NCBI GenBank assembly: GCA_977017645.1
Contig: OZ360234.1
Coordinates: 65,658,001-65,722,000 of the forward strand
DNA from: Torpedo marmorata
Taxonomy: Eukaryota
DNA length: 64,000 bases
Direction of reading: 5' to 3'
Shown here piece after piece: positions 49,729 to 60,953 of the stretch (within the stretch, counting starts at the first letter, position 1; each line of letters starts with the position of its first letter). The notes under the pieces are model-generated. The model was given only the letters and a program-made list of their open reading frames with translations. It searched no databases and was not told the DNA's origin. The translations under genes and the position numbers were made by a program.

Positions 49729-50764
49729 CAACACAACAGTTCTCTGACAGTGCAGCACTCCTCATGCTACACTTACTGAGAGTGGGACTTCTGATGAAAG
49801 AGCTACTCACTGATGAAACTAACATGCACTATACATTTTTTTTCTCCTCTTCCTCTCGCCGTTTTCATTTCATTTCTTTGGCTTCCTGAAGCACTGTTTG
49901 TTGACTGTCTTGGCAGTGAGAGTTTGGTTAACCAACCAGAATGTTTTTGATCTTGCAAACACAGATGGATCTGATTATATCTTGTTAAGTTAAAGTTGTT
50001 TCACGATTATATGTTATTTTTTAAATGTTTAGCGATCTATAAAAAATACTGTCTTTCAATAGTTTAGATTTGCATCAATTGTTTTATATATGAACATGCA
50101 TAATTACAGTGGAAACTGAATGCCATTTCCTAAATTCTGATAAACTGGAACAAACACTGAAAGGGGCGGTTAGAATCATTAGTAAATATGTGAATAATTT
50201 AATGGAAGTTAAGTGATTTTTGATAAGGACCCTGTTATAAATCTAGCCACACGCACCATAGCTTAAAGTGGAAGGTGAAGTGTTCTACATTGAAGCGCAG
50301 AAAATGTTAAGAGAAAGAAAATTCCAGTGATGCTTGGTTATTGAAAGTTCATTACAAAAAGCCTGAAACTTTGCAGTAACTTTTGCCTGGAGTAATTCAC
50401 CCAACTTTACCCAGTGTAGAAAAAAGAAAACTGCAAAGATTCAGTAACTGTAATTATTTCAGTCATAAAATCTTGATAAAGAGGCGCATGAATTCGCAAT
50501 TCCACGTATAATGTCTCAGTCCAGGCAAATAATTTAATTGTTCCTGCAGCGTTCCTTCTCTGGCCTCTGTTTGACTCTTGTTGCACTCCTTCACAAGCAC
50601 CTAACCTGAGATTGAGACGTCTGACCTTTTGCACACACCCAGTTTGTTCCGAAAGAAAAACTTCCAAGGAATTTTCCTTCCTACAGTAACTCTTCACAGA
50701 ACCTCTCCATCCCTGGCAAGGTGGGTGGGGGGGAGGGGGGGGCTAGTGGAATATAACATGAAGC

Positions 50765-51165
50765 CAATCACAAGATACAGGAGCAGAAGTAGGCCCATCG
50801 AGTCTGCTCCGTCATTGTAATCATGAGTTGATCCATCCTCCCACTCAGCCCCACTCTCCGGCCTTCTCCCCGTAACCCTTGATGCTCTGACTAATCAAAT
50901 ATGTCAATCTCTGCCTTAAATACACCCAATGACCTCGCTTCGCAGCCGTCTGTGGCAACAAGTTCCATAGACTCACGACCCTATGACTAAAGAAATTTTT
51001 CCGCATCTCTGTTTTAAATTGACATCCTTTTATCCTGAAGTTGTGCCCTCTTGTCCTAGACTCCCCTACCATGGGAAACAACTTTGCCACATCTACTCCG
51101 TCCAGGCCTTTCAGCATTCAGAATGTCTCTATGAGGCCCCCCCTAATTCTTCTGCACTCCAACGA
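50765..51165 (-). mobile_element. CR1 3' fragment
   Basis: ORF 50845-51117 LFPMVGESRTRGHNFRIKG...RKNFFSHRVVSLWNLLP. Confidence 0.85.
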
Positions 51166-51682
51166 CCTTAAGGAGCAGATGAGATCATTATTATTAACAA
51201 TTAAACCAGCATTAGTGTGTTAATTGACGGCTGCATTTCCTTTTATTTGTTCAGCATCTGAGTTTTAGGTAACAAGTGAGATCCCATTTCTCTTTATTTC
51301 TCAGATTCTTCCAACGGGACCTATGTGCTAAAATAGCATTGACTGTACTTGGGTGAAGCATTCTGCAGCTGGTTAAAAAAATATGCACAGTTTGCAGTTT
51401 CTGCTTGACAGAATATTGAGGTGCTTGGGAGTCTATGCTAATAACGACTGCAGGTCTTGTTTTCTGACCCATAGCTAATATTCTGCGAGTCACATGCATC
51501 TGCAGAAGGTTCCTGAGTTTTAAAATGCTTAACCATTTTTCAATTGTCCAGTAATAAATGCAAACACTTTCTTCTACTGTATATTGTCTATTTCCCATAA
51601 AACATATCGGGCTGGTTTAAAAGAAACTCACCATTGATGGGGCACAACCGGGTTCAGTGTAAATAGCTGACGAGGTTGCAAT

Positions 51683-51775
51683 GGGTTTGTTTGGGGGGGG
51701 GGGGGAGGAGGAGGGGGTTTGATTGGGGGGGGGGGGAGGGGGTTTGATTGGGGGGGGAGGAGGAGGGGGGTGACT
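51683..51775 (+). repeat. Three-unit poly-G repeat gggtttg(a/t)tt(g)n-gagg
   Basis: Long G runs separated by tttgatt/tttgttt and gagga. Confidence 0.8.
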
Positions 51776-52546
51776 GGATGGAAATATCTTTGAGTGCTGA
51801 GGCATGTTGGGATCCGCCTGTCGTGGACAAAGCAGCATTTTGTTTTTCCTTCCCGCAGCGACCTTGCTTTTCAAGGACAAACCGAGGTTTGATGAAACAA
51901 GGCTGCAGATGGCCACCGATCACACTATTGTGCAGTAATGAAGCGCGCGACGTAGAGAAAAATTAAGAGTACCGGGGCAAAAGAAGGATTTTAGTCAAAA
52001 TAAAATATGCGCTCCAGGGAAAGAAAGTGAAAGGTTAATTAAACGGTCTCTTGTGCGTTGTGTGAGTCTTACCGCCGCCGCACATTGTTTTAAGCTTGTT
52101 CTCCGTGTACTGGGAGGGCTGCAGTGTTGACCAAGAATCGAACAGAAGTTCTGTGGCCCAAATGGGGTCTGAATTACTGGAGGGACACATTGCAAACTCA
52201 GTCAGCCCGTGAGAATGTTACAAACACCTCCAGCAGGCACAAATCCACCTTCTTTGAATGGGGTAGCTGGAAATGAATGTTTTTTTTTATTTCCATGGTG
52301 ACTTCTTATTGAATCAAATCAAGCCATTTTTGAAGTCCCACTCCGATGACCTGCCCTCGGTTTTTCCACTTTAAAGGGACATTTATCGAAAGACTTGGAC
52401 GTTCGTAAAATGTCTTGGAAATGCTTTCCCGCTTGTTCTCCCCGGAGACGATTTTAACATGAAAGCGGTCCCAATACAAGTAAAGTGTCCCACTGCAATT
52501 TACATCACCGCTTGCAATTGGAAAAGGTTTGCCTGTTGCTTTAAAT

Positions 52547-52708
52547 CAGTGATTCTCAAACCTTTTTCTTTCCACTCACATTCCACCTTAAGTAATCCCT
52601 TACTAACCGCAGGACACCTATGCCATAGGATGTAATAGGTGCGCTGTGGTTAGTAAGGGATTACTTAAGGTGGAATGTGAGTGGAAAGAAAAAGGTTGAG
52701 AACCACTG
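52547..52708. mobile_element. 162-bp palindromic hAT (Charlie-type) MITE with 8-bp TSD
   Basis: ctttaaat|cagtgattctcaa...ttgagaaccactg|ctttaaat. Arms of about 70 bp are near-perfect inverted repeats. Confidence 0.92.
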
Positions 52709-54159
52709 CTTTAAATATTGGAGCGGACGAATTAGTGGATGTTAAGAAATATCCAGGCTGTTTCTGGAAGATCTCTTTTAAAATAATTCATTCTGAAAAG
52801 AAAATTTCCCTCCCTTTTCCTTAAAAAACATATTATGGAAGCAAAGTGGCAGAAGAAAATAAATTTGTTAGAATGGTATTTGTACGAGATGGGAATGATG
52901 TTAGGTTATGTGGATTATTACAAGAGGTGAGAGAGAGGTACAGGAATGGGGATGGGTTTGTTTGCAGACTATATTTGATGCGTTAGCTTCTGCTTTTCTT
53001 TAGCAGTGTAATGTTAGCTAGTGTGAGCGTCCATGTTGTAAGGAAAGAGAGAGAGAGGATAGCGAGTAAAAACCGCTCGCCCAGCCACAATGTGCTTAAT
53101 AACCAGAGCGTCGAATCCGATACCGATTTGTAAGCCTGTTTGCCGGCACACTTGCCTCTCCTGCCCGCTCTGTGACGTAGTTGACTGCGTGCGGACTCTA
53201 TTCTGCAGACTTTCCTGTTTAACTTTATTCCTTTTGATTGCTTTGTTACAGCCTCTATCGATAAACTTGTCAGCCAGGTGTGGCTTCAGGAGTCATTGAT
53301 TCCCTTCAAAGAGCGGCTTGGCTTTGTTATTACAAGTGTGTTCTTATCAATGCCACAGGGGCAAAGCAGTAGAATGCACTTAAAAGGCCTCGTTCAGTGC
53401 ACTGTGCCAACGGATCAGTTACTGCCATATAAAAAAGCTTTTTTTTGTGATGGACAGCTCTCGTGACATGTACAGTAATTTGAGACTTGATCCTTCTTTG
53501 TGCAAAAGCACTTCAAAAGGAGTTCATGTGAAAACAAACCGAGACAACGTGGATTTGCATTTAGATGCATTGCATTGCCAGGGTTGCCCGTATCAGTGGT
53601 GTAACTGATTAACTACTGCCGTAATTTCGTTCACTATTTACAGTTCCACACCGTATCCCCAGCAATAGTTGCCTTCCAGTCGCAAGAATTGGAGTGGGAA
53701 TTTTAATATATTGTCATTTGTAGAGTCTCTCTTGTACCTTTCCATTTTTACATATGTGTCGTGTAAACGGCAATTGTCCACTTAATTTCTAACTGTTCCC
53801 AATTCAGCCCTTTCCACGCACAATCTTTCTAAAACCCCGAACACCGTTCTCCCCTGGCGCCTTCCCCACACCTTCCCTCCCCCCGTGTCTTAACACGTAC
53901 ACGCACAGAATGTGTACATACATATAATTATAGAGACATTCAAATACACACGCACGTTGCTCTACTTGACAAACACGTACCTTTATATATTTTTTAAAAT
54001 CCACAGTAACCCATTTAATTCATTTCCCTGAAGAAAATCACTAATTTAAACTCCAGGATGGCGGATTTAACAACATCTATGCTAGGACATTGATTAAAAG
54101 TGAAGAGCGAGTGGAGTCGTTTGACTTGGGATAGCGTGACATCTTCTCTGCTTGGAGTT

Positions 54160-54372
54160 AAACAAGTCTGCAGTCGCTGGGGTCGAGTGCAGTACACAAA
54201 CGTGCTGGCGAAACTCAGCAGGTCACGCAGCATCCATAGGAAGTAAATGGCAACCAGCGTTTATGGTCTGGAATACGTGACAAAGAGCCCAAGTCCGAAA
54301 CGTTGTTACCCGCTCCTTCCTCCGGATGCTGCGTGACCTGCTGAGTTTTTCCAGCACCTTTATGTATTGCAT
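54160..54372. mobile_element. Fold-back of two Penelope pLTR ends in inverted orientation
   Basis: gtgctggcgaaactcagcaggtcacgcagcatcc (54202-54235) versus ggatgctgcgtgacctgctgagtttttccagcac (54324-54357). Confidence 0.8.
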
Positions 54373-57146
54373 ATTTCTCTGATTGTTTGTGCCCCATTGC
54401 AGAAATTGCAAGCTATGATCTTGCATTGAGGAAGAGGAGCTCAATCCAACATCCGCAGAGCAGCCGATGTCCTCGAGCCACACCAAGTCGTTTTCTCCAG
54501 GCACCAATCCATCGAGTTAAATGATTTAAATTGGTGCAAACTTTGCCTTTTAGGTATGTCAACTCATTGTCGTTCAGGCGTCTGTTTACACCGTCTCCGT
54601 CCCATTGGCAAACTCTGCCATGAGAGGGTTTGATTGGTGAATTAACTTCAGAACCACGAACTTTCAGCCCGTTTTGTGAATATCACCGAGATTTGCGTAA
54701 CTTGTACACGCACAGTTAGTACATTTATAATTCCTTCTAGGAGCACTGACATCAGACCGGTTCTGAACCCACCTGCTCAGGAATCTCCATTCACATTCCT
54801 TGTCTTAACATGCGAGGTTTAACAGTTGGGCCCAGGCCCGATACGTTGGTTACCTTTTCCTTCCTATAGATGCTGCGTGACCTGCTGAGTTTCTCCGGCA
54901 TTTTTGGTTCTTGTACTTGAAGTTTCTCACTTGCTCGCGGGAAAGTGTAGCCTTTATTCAAATGTTGCTGCAGGCTCGATTTTTGGGCTGATCGTCCTGA
55001 CCTAGATAATTGCTACCATTTAAAATCGATCTTTACCGGAGAGACGATTTGTATTTTCCATTTGCGTTGCTTTGTGGGTACCGAGCGGTATCCCGCTGCA
55101 AGGAGGAACGAAAAGTCCTTCCAGTCGATTCATTGAAATGGGGTTGACTTTCTTCCTAAAACATTTGTACACAGGAGCGGACATTGTATTCCTTTTCAAG
55201 GATGTTTTTATGCTTGTTTATTTAATAAACACTCTTCCTTTTTTTAAGCTCTGCCTAACCTGCTCCGTGTCTAAGTTTCTTCCCACAGTTACCCTGGAGT
55301 GCCCATAGGCTTCTCCTGTGTCTTGTCTTTGTTGATCAGTGTTGAGCAGGTGAAGCAGTGATCTTCCTCACATCACTGCCAGCGACCCAGGAGCTACATT
55401 CCAACTGCAAATATGATAATGTGTATTGTCACATACATTGTACAATGTAGATATGCACGGATATTCTTACTTGCTGCAGCCAAACAGGAACTTTGTTAAA
55501 AAACTACAATAGTGTACATAATTGAATTAAAAGGAGACAATAAATACAAAATATTGATAGCAAATATTCACAGTTATCCTAGTGCAAAACAAAAGTGACT
55601 CTGCATTAGCGCAGTACTTTTGCTATGTCGGAGCAGTCCGTGATTAGTGTACCAAGGGGAGGTTCAGTTGGAACGAAAGGGTTCTTGTACCTAGAGATGG
55701 CTTCTGATACAGAAGGTGGCAGCGAGAAGAGGTTGTGACCAGGGTGATGGGAGTCCTTTATGATGTTGGCTACCTATTACACTGTACATACCAGGACAGG
55801 TCCAAAAGATCTTGACACTGATAGATCATTAAAAGTCTCTCTCTAGTTCCACAAGCCCATTGTAGATAATACCCCCTCATTAACGAATCACGAAATAGCA
55901 AGATACAGTGTGACTCCATCAATAGAAATTAGCCTTGTTAATATTTGATTATTTGGGGAATTAAATATTCTTTTTTCAGTTTCCAATATAATGCTGTAAT
56001 TTAAGATTTTTAAAAAATATCACTGAACGCCGATTGAGGCTGTTCAAATAATTTATTCATCTTTCAAATCACAGAACCTTTTAAGTATGGGCTAATTTAT
56101 ATAAAAAAAGATTCGTGGGATCAATATTGGAAGATTTGAAATAGCTTTTCTCTTGTTCTTACTTGTAAGGAAGTTAACTGGGATGTTTCCAAGAGAAGGG
56201 GATTATTTCATTCAACAACTATTCCATGTATCCGACTCTCCAGCCGCTCATTAAAGTATTCGGGCATACAAAACAGAAATTGTTTCTCATGGAGCACTTC
56301 GACAGGGCTATGTCTATAAAAGATTCAAGCTCCCACTAGTGGCGAAAGACTGTCACAGCCTACGAACGGGGCATTAATATAAATTGTCTTGATGTTTGCC
56401 GTTGTCTCCTTCAGTTCCATCTCCGCCTCCCGGGAAACTGAACACTAAAATAAAAGGGATTCTTGTTGGCAATAAGTCTGATTAAATTACTGTAAAGCTG
56501 GATCTAAATCAAACTAAGGAATCAGACATCAAAGGTTCTTCCACTTTACTTGCCTGAGATACCAAGTCCATGAGAAGTTTAATGTGCCCCAGAGATATAC
56601 AATTGAAACTATCCCAAATATGCCTCTTAAATAAAAGCACACACACACACTTTCGCTTCAGTGGACAGGAGCCATTACATGCAGCAATTGACCTGAAAGG
56701 AAACACTACTGTTTCTAGAGTAGTTGGAGTTTCATTTTATTTATGTTTACATAAATAGTGTACTCGTGCAGATTAATGTCTGACAGAAGTCCCTTGGAAG
56801 CAGATGCAATAGGAACTTCGGATAAGTTCTGGAAGGAGGTAAAACATTGCAGGATCCCTGTGGGGTAAAAACAGGAGAGTAATTCTAATTGGATAGCTCT
56901 TCCAAACAAATAGCATAAACTGAATGGCTGGATAATCATAGTCAAGGTCAGAAAGACACAACTTGGAAACAGACTTTGGCCCAACAAGTGTGCCTCAAGC
57001 ATCATTTTTTCACTCATTTTGGCCTCACCCACTTTTATTCTCCACACATTCCCCCCAGGTTCTACCATTCACCGACACATTAGGGGGCAATTTACAGTGG
57101 GCAATTAACCCACCGACCTGTTTGTCTTTGGATTGTCAGAGGAAAG

Positions 57147-57392
57147 TGGAGCACAGTAAACTTCACATGGACAGCACTGGACAGGAGCATAGAACCTGGG
57201 TCACCAGAGTGGAGCACAGTAAACTTGGGTCACCAGAGTGGAGCACAGTAAACTTCACATGGACAGCACTGGACAGGAGCATAGAACCTGGGTCACCAGA
57301 GTGGAGCACAGTAAACTTGGGTCACCAGAGTGGAGCACAGTAAACTTCACATGGACAGCACTGGACAGGAGCATAGAACCTGGGTCACCAGA
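57147..57392 (+). repeat. A-B-A-B-A tandem array (63-bp and 29-bp units, 92-bp period) within a minus-strand SINE remnant
   Basis: gtggagcacagtaaactt starts each unit and tgggtcaccaga ends each. The copies are identical. Confidence 0.9.
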
Positions 57393-57407
57393 GCTGAGGC
57401 AACAGGA

Positions 57408-57632
57408 CAGCATGGTTGGTGTAGTGGTTAGCACAACACCTTTACAACGCCAGCGATCGGGACCAGGGTTCGAATCCCGCGCTGTCTGTCAGGAGTTTGT
57501 ACGTGGGTCTGCGTGGGTTTTCCCCGGTTTCCTCCCACCGTTCAAAAAGTACAGGGGGAGTAGGTTCATTGGGTGTAAATTGGGCGGCATGGACTCAGCC
57601 GAAATGGCCTGTGTCTAAATTTAAATTTAAAT
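57408..57632 (+). mobile_element. tRNA-derived SINE
   Basis: tggtgtagtggtt A box, ggttcgaatccc B box, tctaaatttaaatttaaa tail. Confidence 0.85.
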
Positions 57633-59726
57633 CTACAAGCTGCTATGTGACCGTTTGCCCATAATTTGGAGTTTCCTGAATCTAGTAAAGATGCGGTTTG
57701 TCCCTCTTAAAGCACAGTAAGTCTCCAAAAGGCTTTTATTTGGATGTCATTCTGTAATGAGAGGTGACCACATTTCACACACAGGAACAGAATTGGGAGG
57801 GTGATTGCTGCAGTTCCAGAAAATAAAGCCATATGTAATATAAAACCTCTCTGATTAATAATGCCAACTATATTATCTCCAAGAGACACAGCAAATACTG
57901 GAGGACATGCATTTAAATGAGGGGAGGGGAAAGGTTAGAGGAGATGTGCAGGGCAGGTTTTTATACACAGAGTGGTGGGGAATGGGCTGCCAGAGGTAGT
58001 GATAGAAGCAGATTAAATGGTGGTGTTTAGTAGGCCATTAGATAGGCTCATGAATGTGCAGGAAATGGAGGGGTATGGAACATGTGCAGGCAGATTAGTT
58101 TAATTTGGCATCATGTTCAGTGCAGACATCATGGGCCGAAGGGCCTGTTCCTGTTCTGTACTCAGCAGATCAGATAGCATCTGTGGAGATGGAAGCAGAT
58201 TTAATATTTCAGGCTGTCACCCTTTCAACAGTAAACACAGGCAGTACAAAGGTGGCAAAAGGGGAGGGGATGAAAGATCGAAGAGGCCAATGATGTGAAA
58301 ACATAATGAAAGGGAGCGTTTGTGGTCTGTTGCCAATGGTGTTTATTCCTTTCACCACTGTTTTGGTATTCGTTTCATGCCTGTTGAAATAACTACACGA
58401 TTAGACATGTTTCCAAATCTGGGGCTTGTGCAGGGTGTGAGACAATAAATGATTTAAAAATCCTTCAGTCTTTTTGCAGTTGAACTCAGAAGATCTTTAC
58501 AAAGAAGTTCAGTCTCTTACTTACCCTCTCCATTGCTTCTGCCTCACTCACTCTCTCTTGCTTACTCTCTCATTTTCCTGCTTCTCTCTCTTTCACCCTC
58601 CATCATTGTTTGTAACATTGGCTCTAAAAACTTATTGGAATCCAGTTCTGGAGCAATAGACCATACACGTGATGTTGGCCAGACGCCCATGTATCGGAGT
58701 GACTGCGTGTACCCTCAGCCTCTTTGACTACAAGGGTGATCTTAGTCAAGATCAGATATCTGGTGCCCTTGCCAAAGCCATAGTGTATGGCAGTCAGCAC
58801 TGTGACCCGTAACTGCCTGCAGTCTAATTAGAACATTTACACCAGGTGGGATCAGCCATGTCTGCACAGATCAGAGACCACCTCAGATCCAAAATTTTCC
58901 TATGAATTGGCGTAATATACAGAATAGAGTTCAGGAACAGGATGAAGTAGTCCATTTTTTTTTTGTATTCTCCCTCGGGGTGTGTGTGTGTGTGAGTGTG
59001 TGTGAGCGTGTGTGTGTGTGCGCGCTTCAGTGCCCACCATTTTCAGAAGGTCTCCTGCAATCCATGGGACTCATTGAACTCCCTCTCCAGGATCACCCTC
59101 ACATGGCTGTAATCTTGGAAGAAAGGTAGCTGGTTACCTGGATGGACACCAGGGTGACCACAGTATGAACATATGGATAGCTTGGGCAGGCCAGCAAGGG
59201 TGAGTCCCCTGACCAACTCACCCCTCCCTTGTTCCCTGCACCGTGCCCATTGATCAAGAGCATGGGGCTGAAGTGTGACCATAGCCTGAGGAGCAGGCTT
59301 TTCAAATACTCCGAGGAGCTGCAACCTCTCACAATCCATAGAAGCATGAAAAATGGGGCTCGGCTCCTCCAGGCTGCAGTAATGGCAGGTGGCGTCCGAG
59401 TTTATGGAGCAGCTTAAAAATGAATTGCAAGGGACTGTGGTACTCTCTACTCCAGGTCCATGATGCAGAGTCCTCGACAGGGGAAGCCCCTTGCTGCCAG
59501 ATGGTGAACCAATGAGTAGACACCTCTATGCAGTGGCAATGCCTTAACCATTTGTGCATTGACTCCTTCCCAACTTATCAAGGGGGGGTGATAACCTTCT
59601 CTTCCTTAAGTCTATGCTGGTCTCGGTGCCAAACAGAAACCTCCTCCCACCTTAACCTAATTCCACACTATTTGTAAAACCTTCAGTTCCTCCCTCCCTC
59701 ATCATTATCTAATGTCCTGTTAATTC

Positions 59727-60533
59727 CAAGGTTCCTTTTATTGACATGTTATAATACATAAATTGTAATATACATGATATACTTCAACTTTTGTTTGACG
59801 TAAGGCAAAGAGTCACCGTGAGCATGCCTGGCACCCCTAACAATAGGAGAAAGAGATGCAAAGAGAGTCCCTTCAGAGTCACTGAGTGTCCATGGATTCA
59901 CCTCCAGCGCTCCTGCAGCCTCCTGCACAGACTCCTGTTCGATTCATCGGCAACCCGAGCTCCAGATCCAAACCTCCGAAACGATCAGGAAGCCTTCAGC
60001 ACCCAAGCCCCTTTGGGAGCCCTTCTTGCCCTCAGCACCCTCTCAAATCCCAGTTCTGATACCTGGTTCCAATGAGACAGTCTCCTGCAGCCCATAGCCT
60101 GTGTGAGTCCTTCGACCGCAAGTTGCCAACCACCCACAGCCTGTGTTGGTCCTTCAGCCGCTGAGCCTCTCACTGTTCCGTTGTCGTGGTCACCTTCCCC
60201 GTAGGGTCATCTTCCATGCTTCTCCCTCTCAATGGGGGGGGGGGTCTTCTCCCCATTTCTGGTGCTCTTCCAGTCTGCTGTTCCCCTGGAGTCTGCAGTC
60301 CCTCGTGGTAAGCTGCCCAGCACAAGCACAGACCTCTGTGGTTGCAGGATTAAAAAAAAAAAAATCACTGTTGGCCCCTTTAACTGGTTGTTTAATGCCT
60401 GTATGGGGCCATCAGCAATCAGGTCCTAGCAGTAGGACCCTGCAGAGCAGCGCTGTGTCTTTGCTCCCTGCTCTCCCTGGTCCGCACCAGCGGTAGCGCT
60501 GCTGTTATAGCTGCTCCGGCTGCACTGCCATTT
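59727..60533 (-). mobile_element. GC-rich non-autonomous retroelement with Rex1-type tail (copy 3)
   Basis: Colinear with 11415-12445 (agagagtcccttcagag, gagctccagatccaaacctc, ggagcccttcttg). The minus strand starts aaaatggcagtgc. Confidence 0.75.
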
Positions 60534-60729
60534 TTTTTTGCTTTGATTCCTCTTCTGGTAAACAATAGCTGAGGTATTGTGGAAACTTTTGTGATACACT
60601 TGATAAGTGTGTGATCGTTTTCAAGCACTCGGGTGCTCACTTTTCATGTTTTATGTCTGATGTCTAACCTTTCAAACCAGGAGATTCACCTGGATGCTAC
60701 CGGGTCTGGAGGGTTTGAGTTATAAAGGC

Positions 60730-60953
60730 AAAGGTTCCATTATTGTCACGTAATACTACATTTAAAATGTAACATACATGAAATTCTTTAACTTTTGTGT
60801 ACCGTAAGGCAGACAGAGAGTCGCTACTTTGTCCAGCGCCCCTCACAGAAACCTACAGCACCTGGTGTTCCTAGGCGGTCTCCCCTCCAAGTACTGACCA
60901 GTCCTGTGCCTGCTTAGCTTCCGAGATCAGACAATCCCAGTCGTATTCAGGCT
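60730..60953 (-). mobile_element. 5S rRNA-derived SINE (SINE3-like) with Rex1-type 3' tail, inserted in a CR1 remnant
   Basis: 60851-60953 on - reads gcctgaatacg...tctgatctcggaagctaagcagg...agtacttggaggggagaccgcctaggaacaccaggtgctgtagg, which matches 5S rRNA. It is followed by a tail ending gaatttcatg...gtgacaataatggaacctt. Confidence 0.88.

Noticed and set aside
58730-59620. GC-richer stretch possibly an old retroelement or exon
   Set aside because: No recognisable protein motif, termini or splice pattern; left unassigned.
60851-60953. Functional 5S rRNA gene
   Set aside because: The 5' end is missing, there are multiple substitutions, it is not in a tandem array, and it is fused to a retroelement tail.
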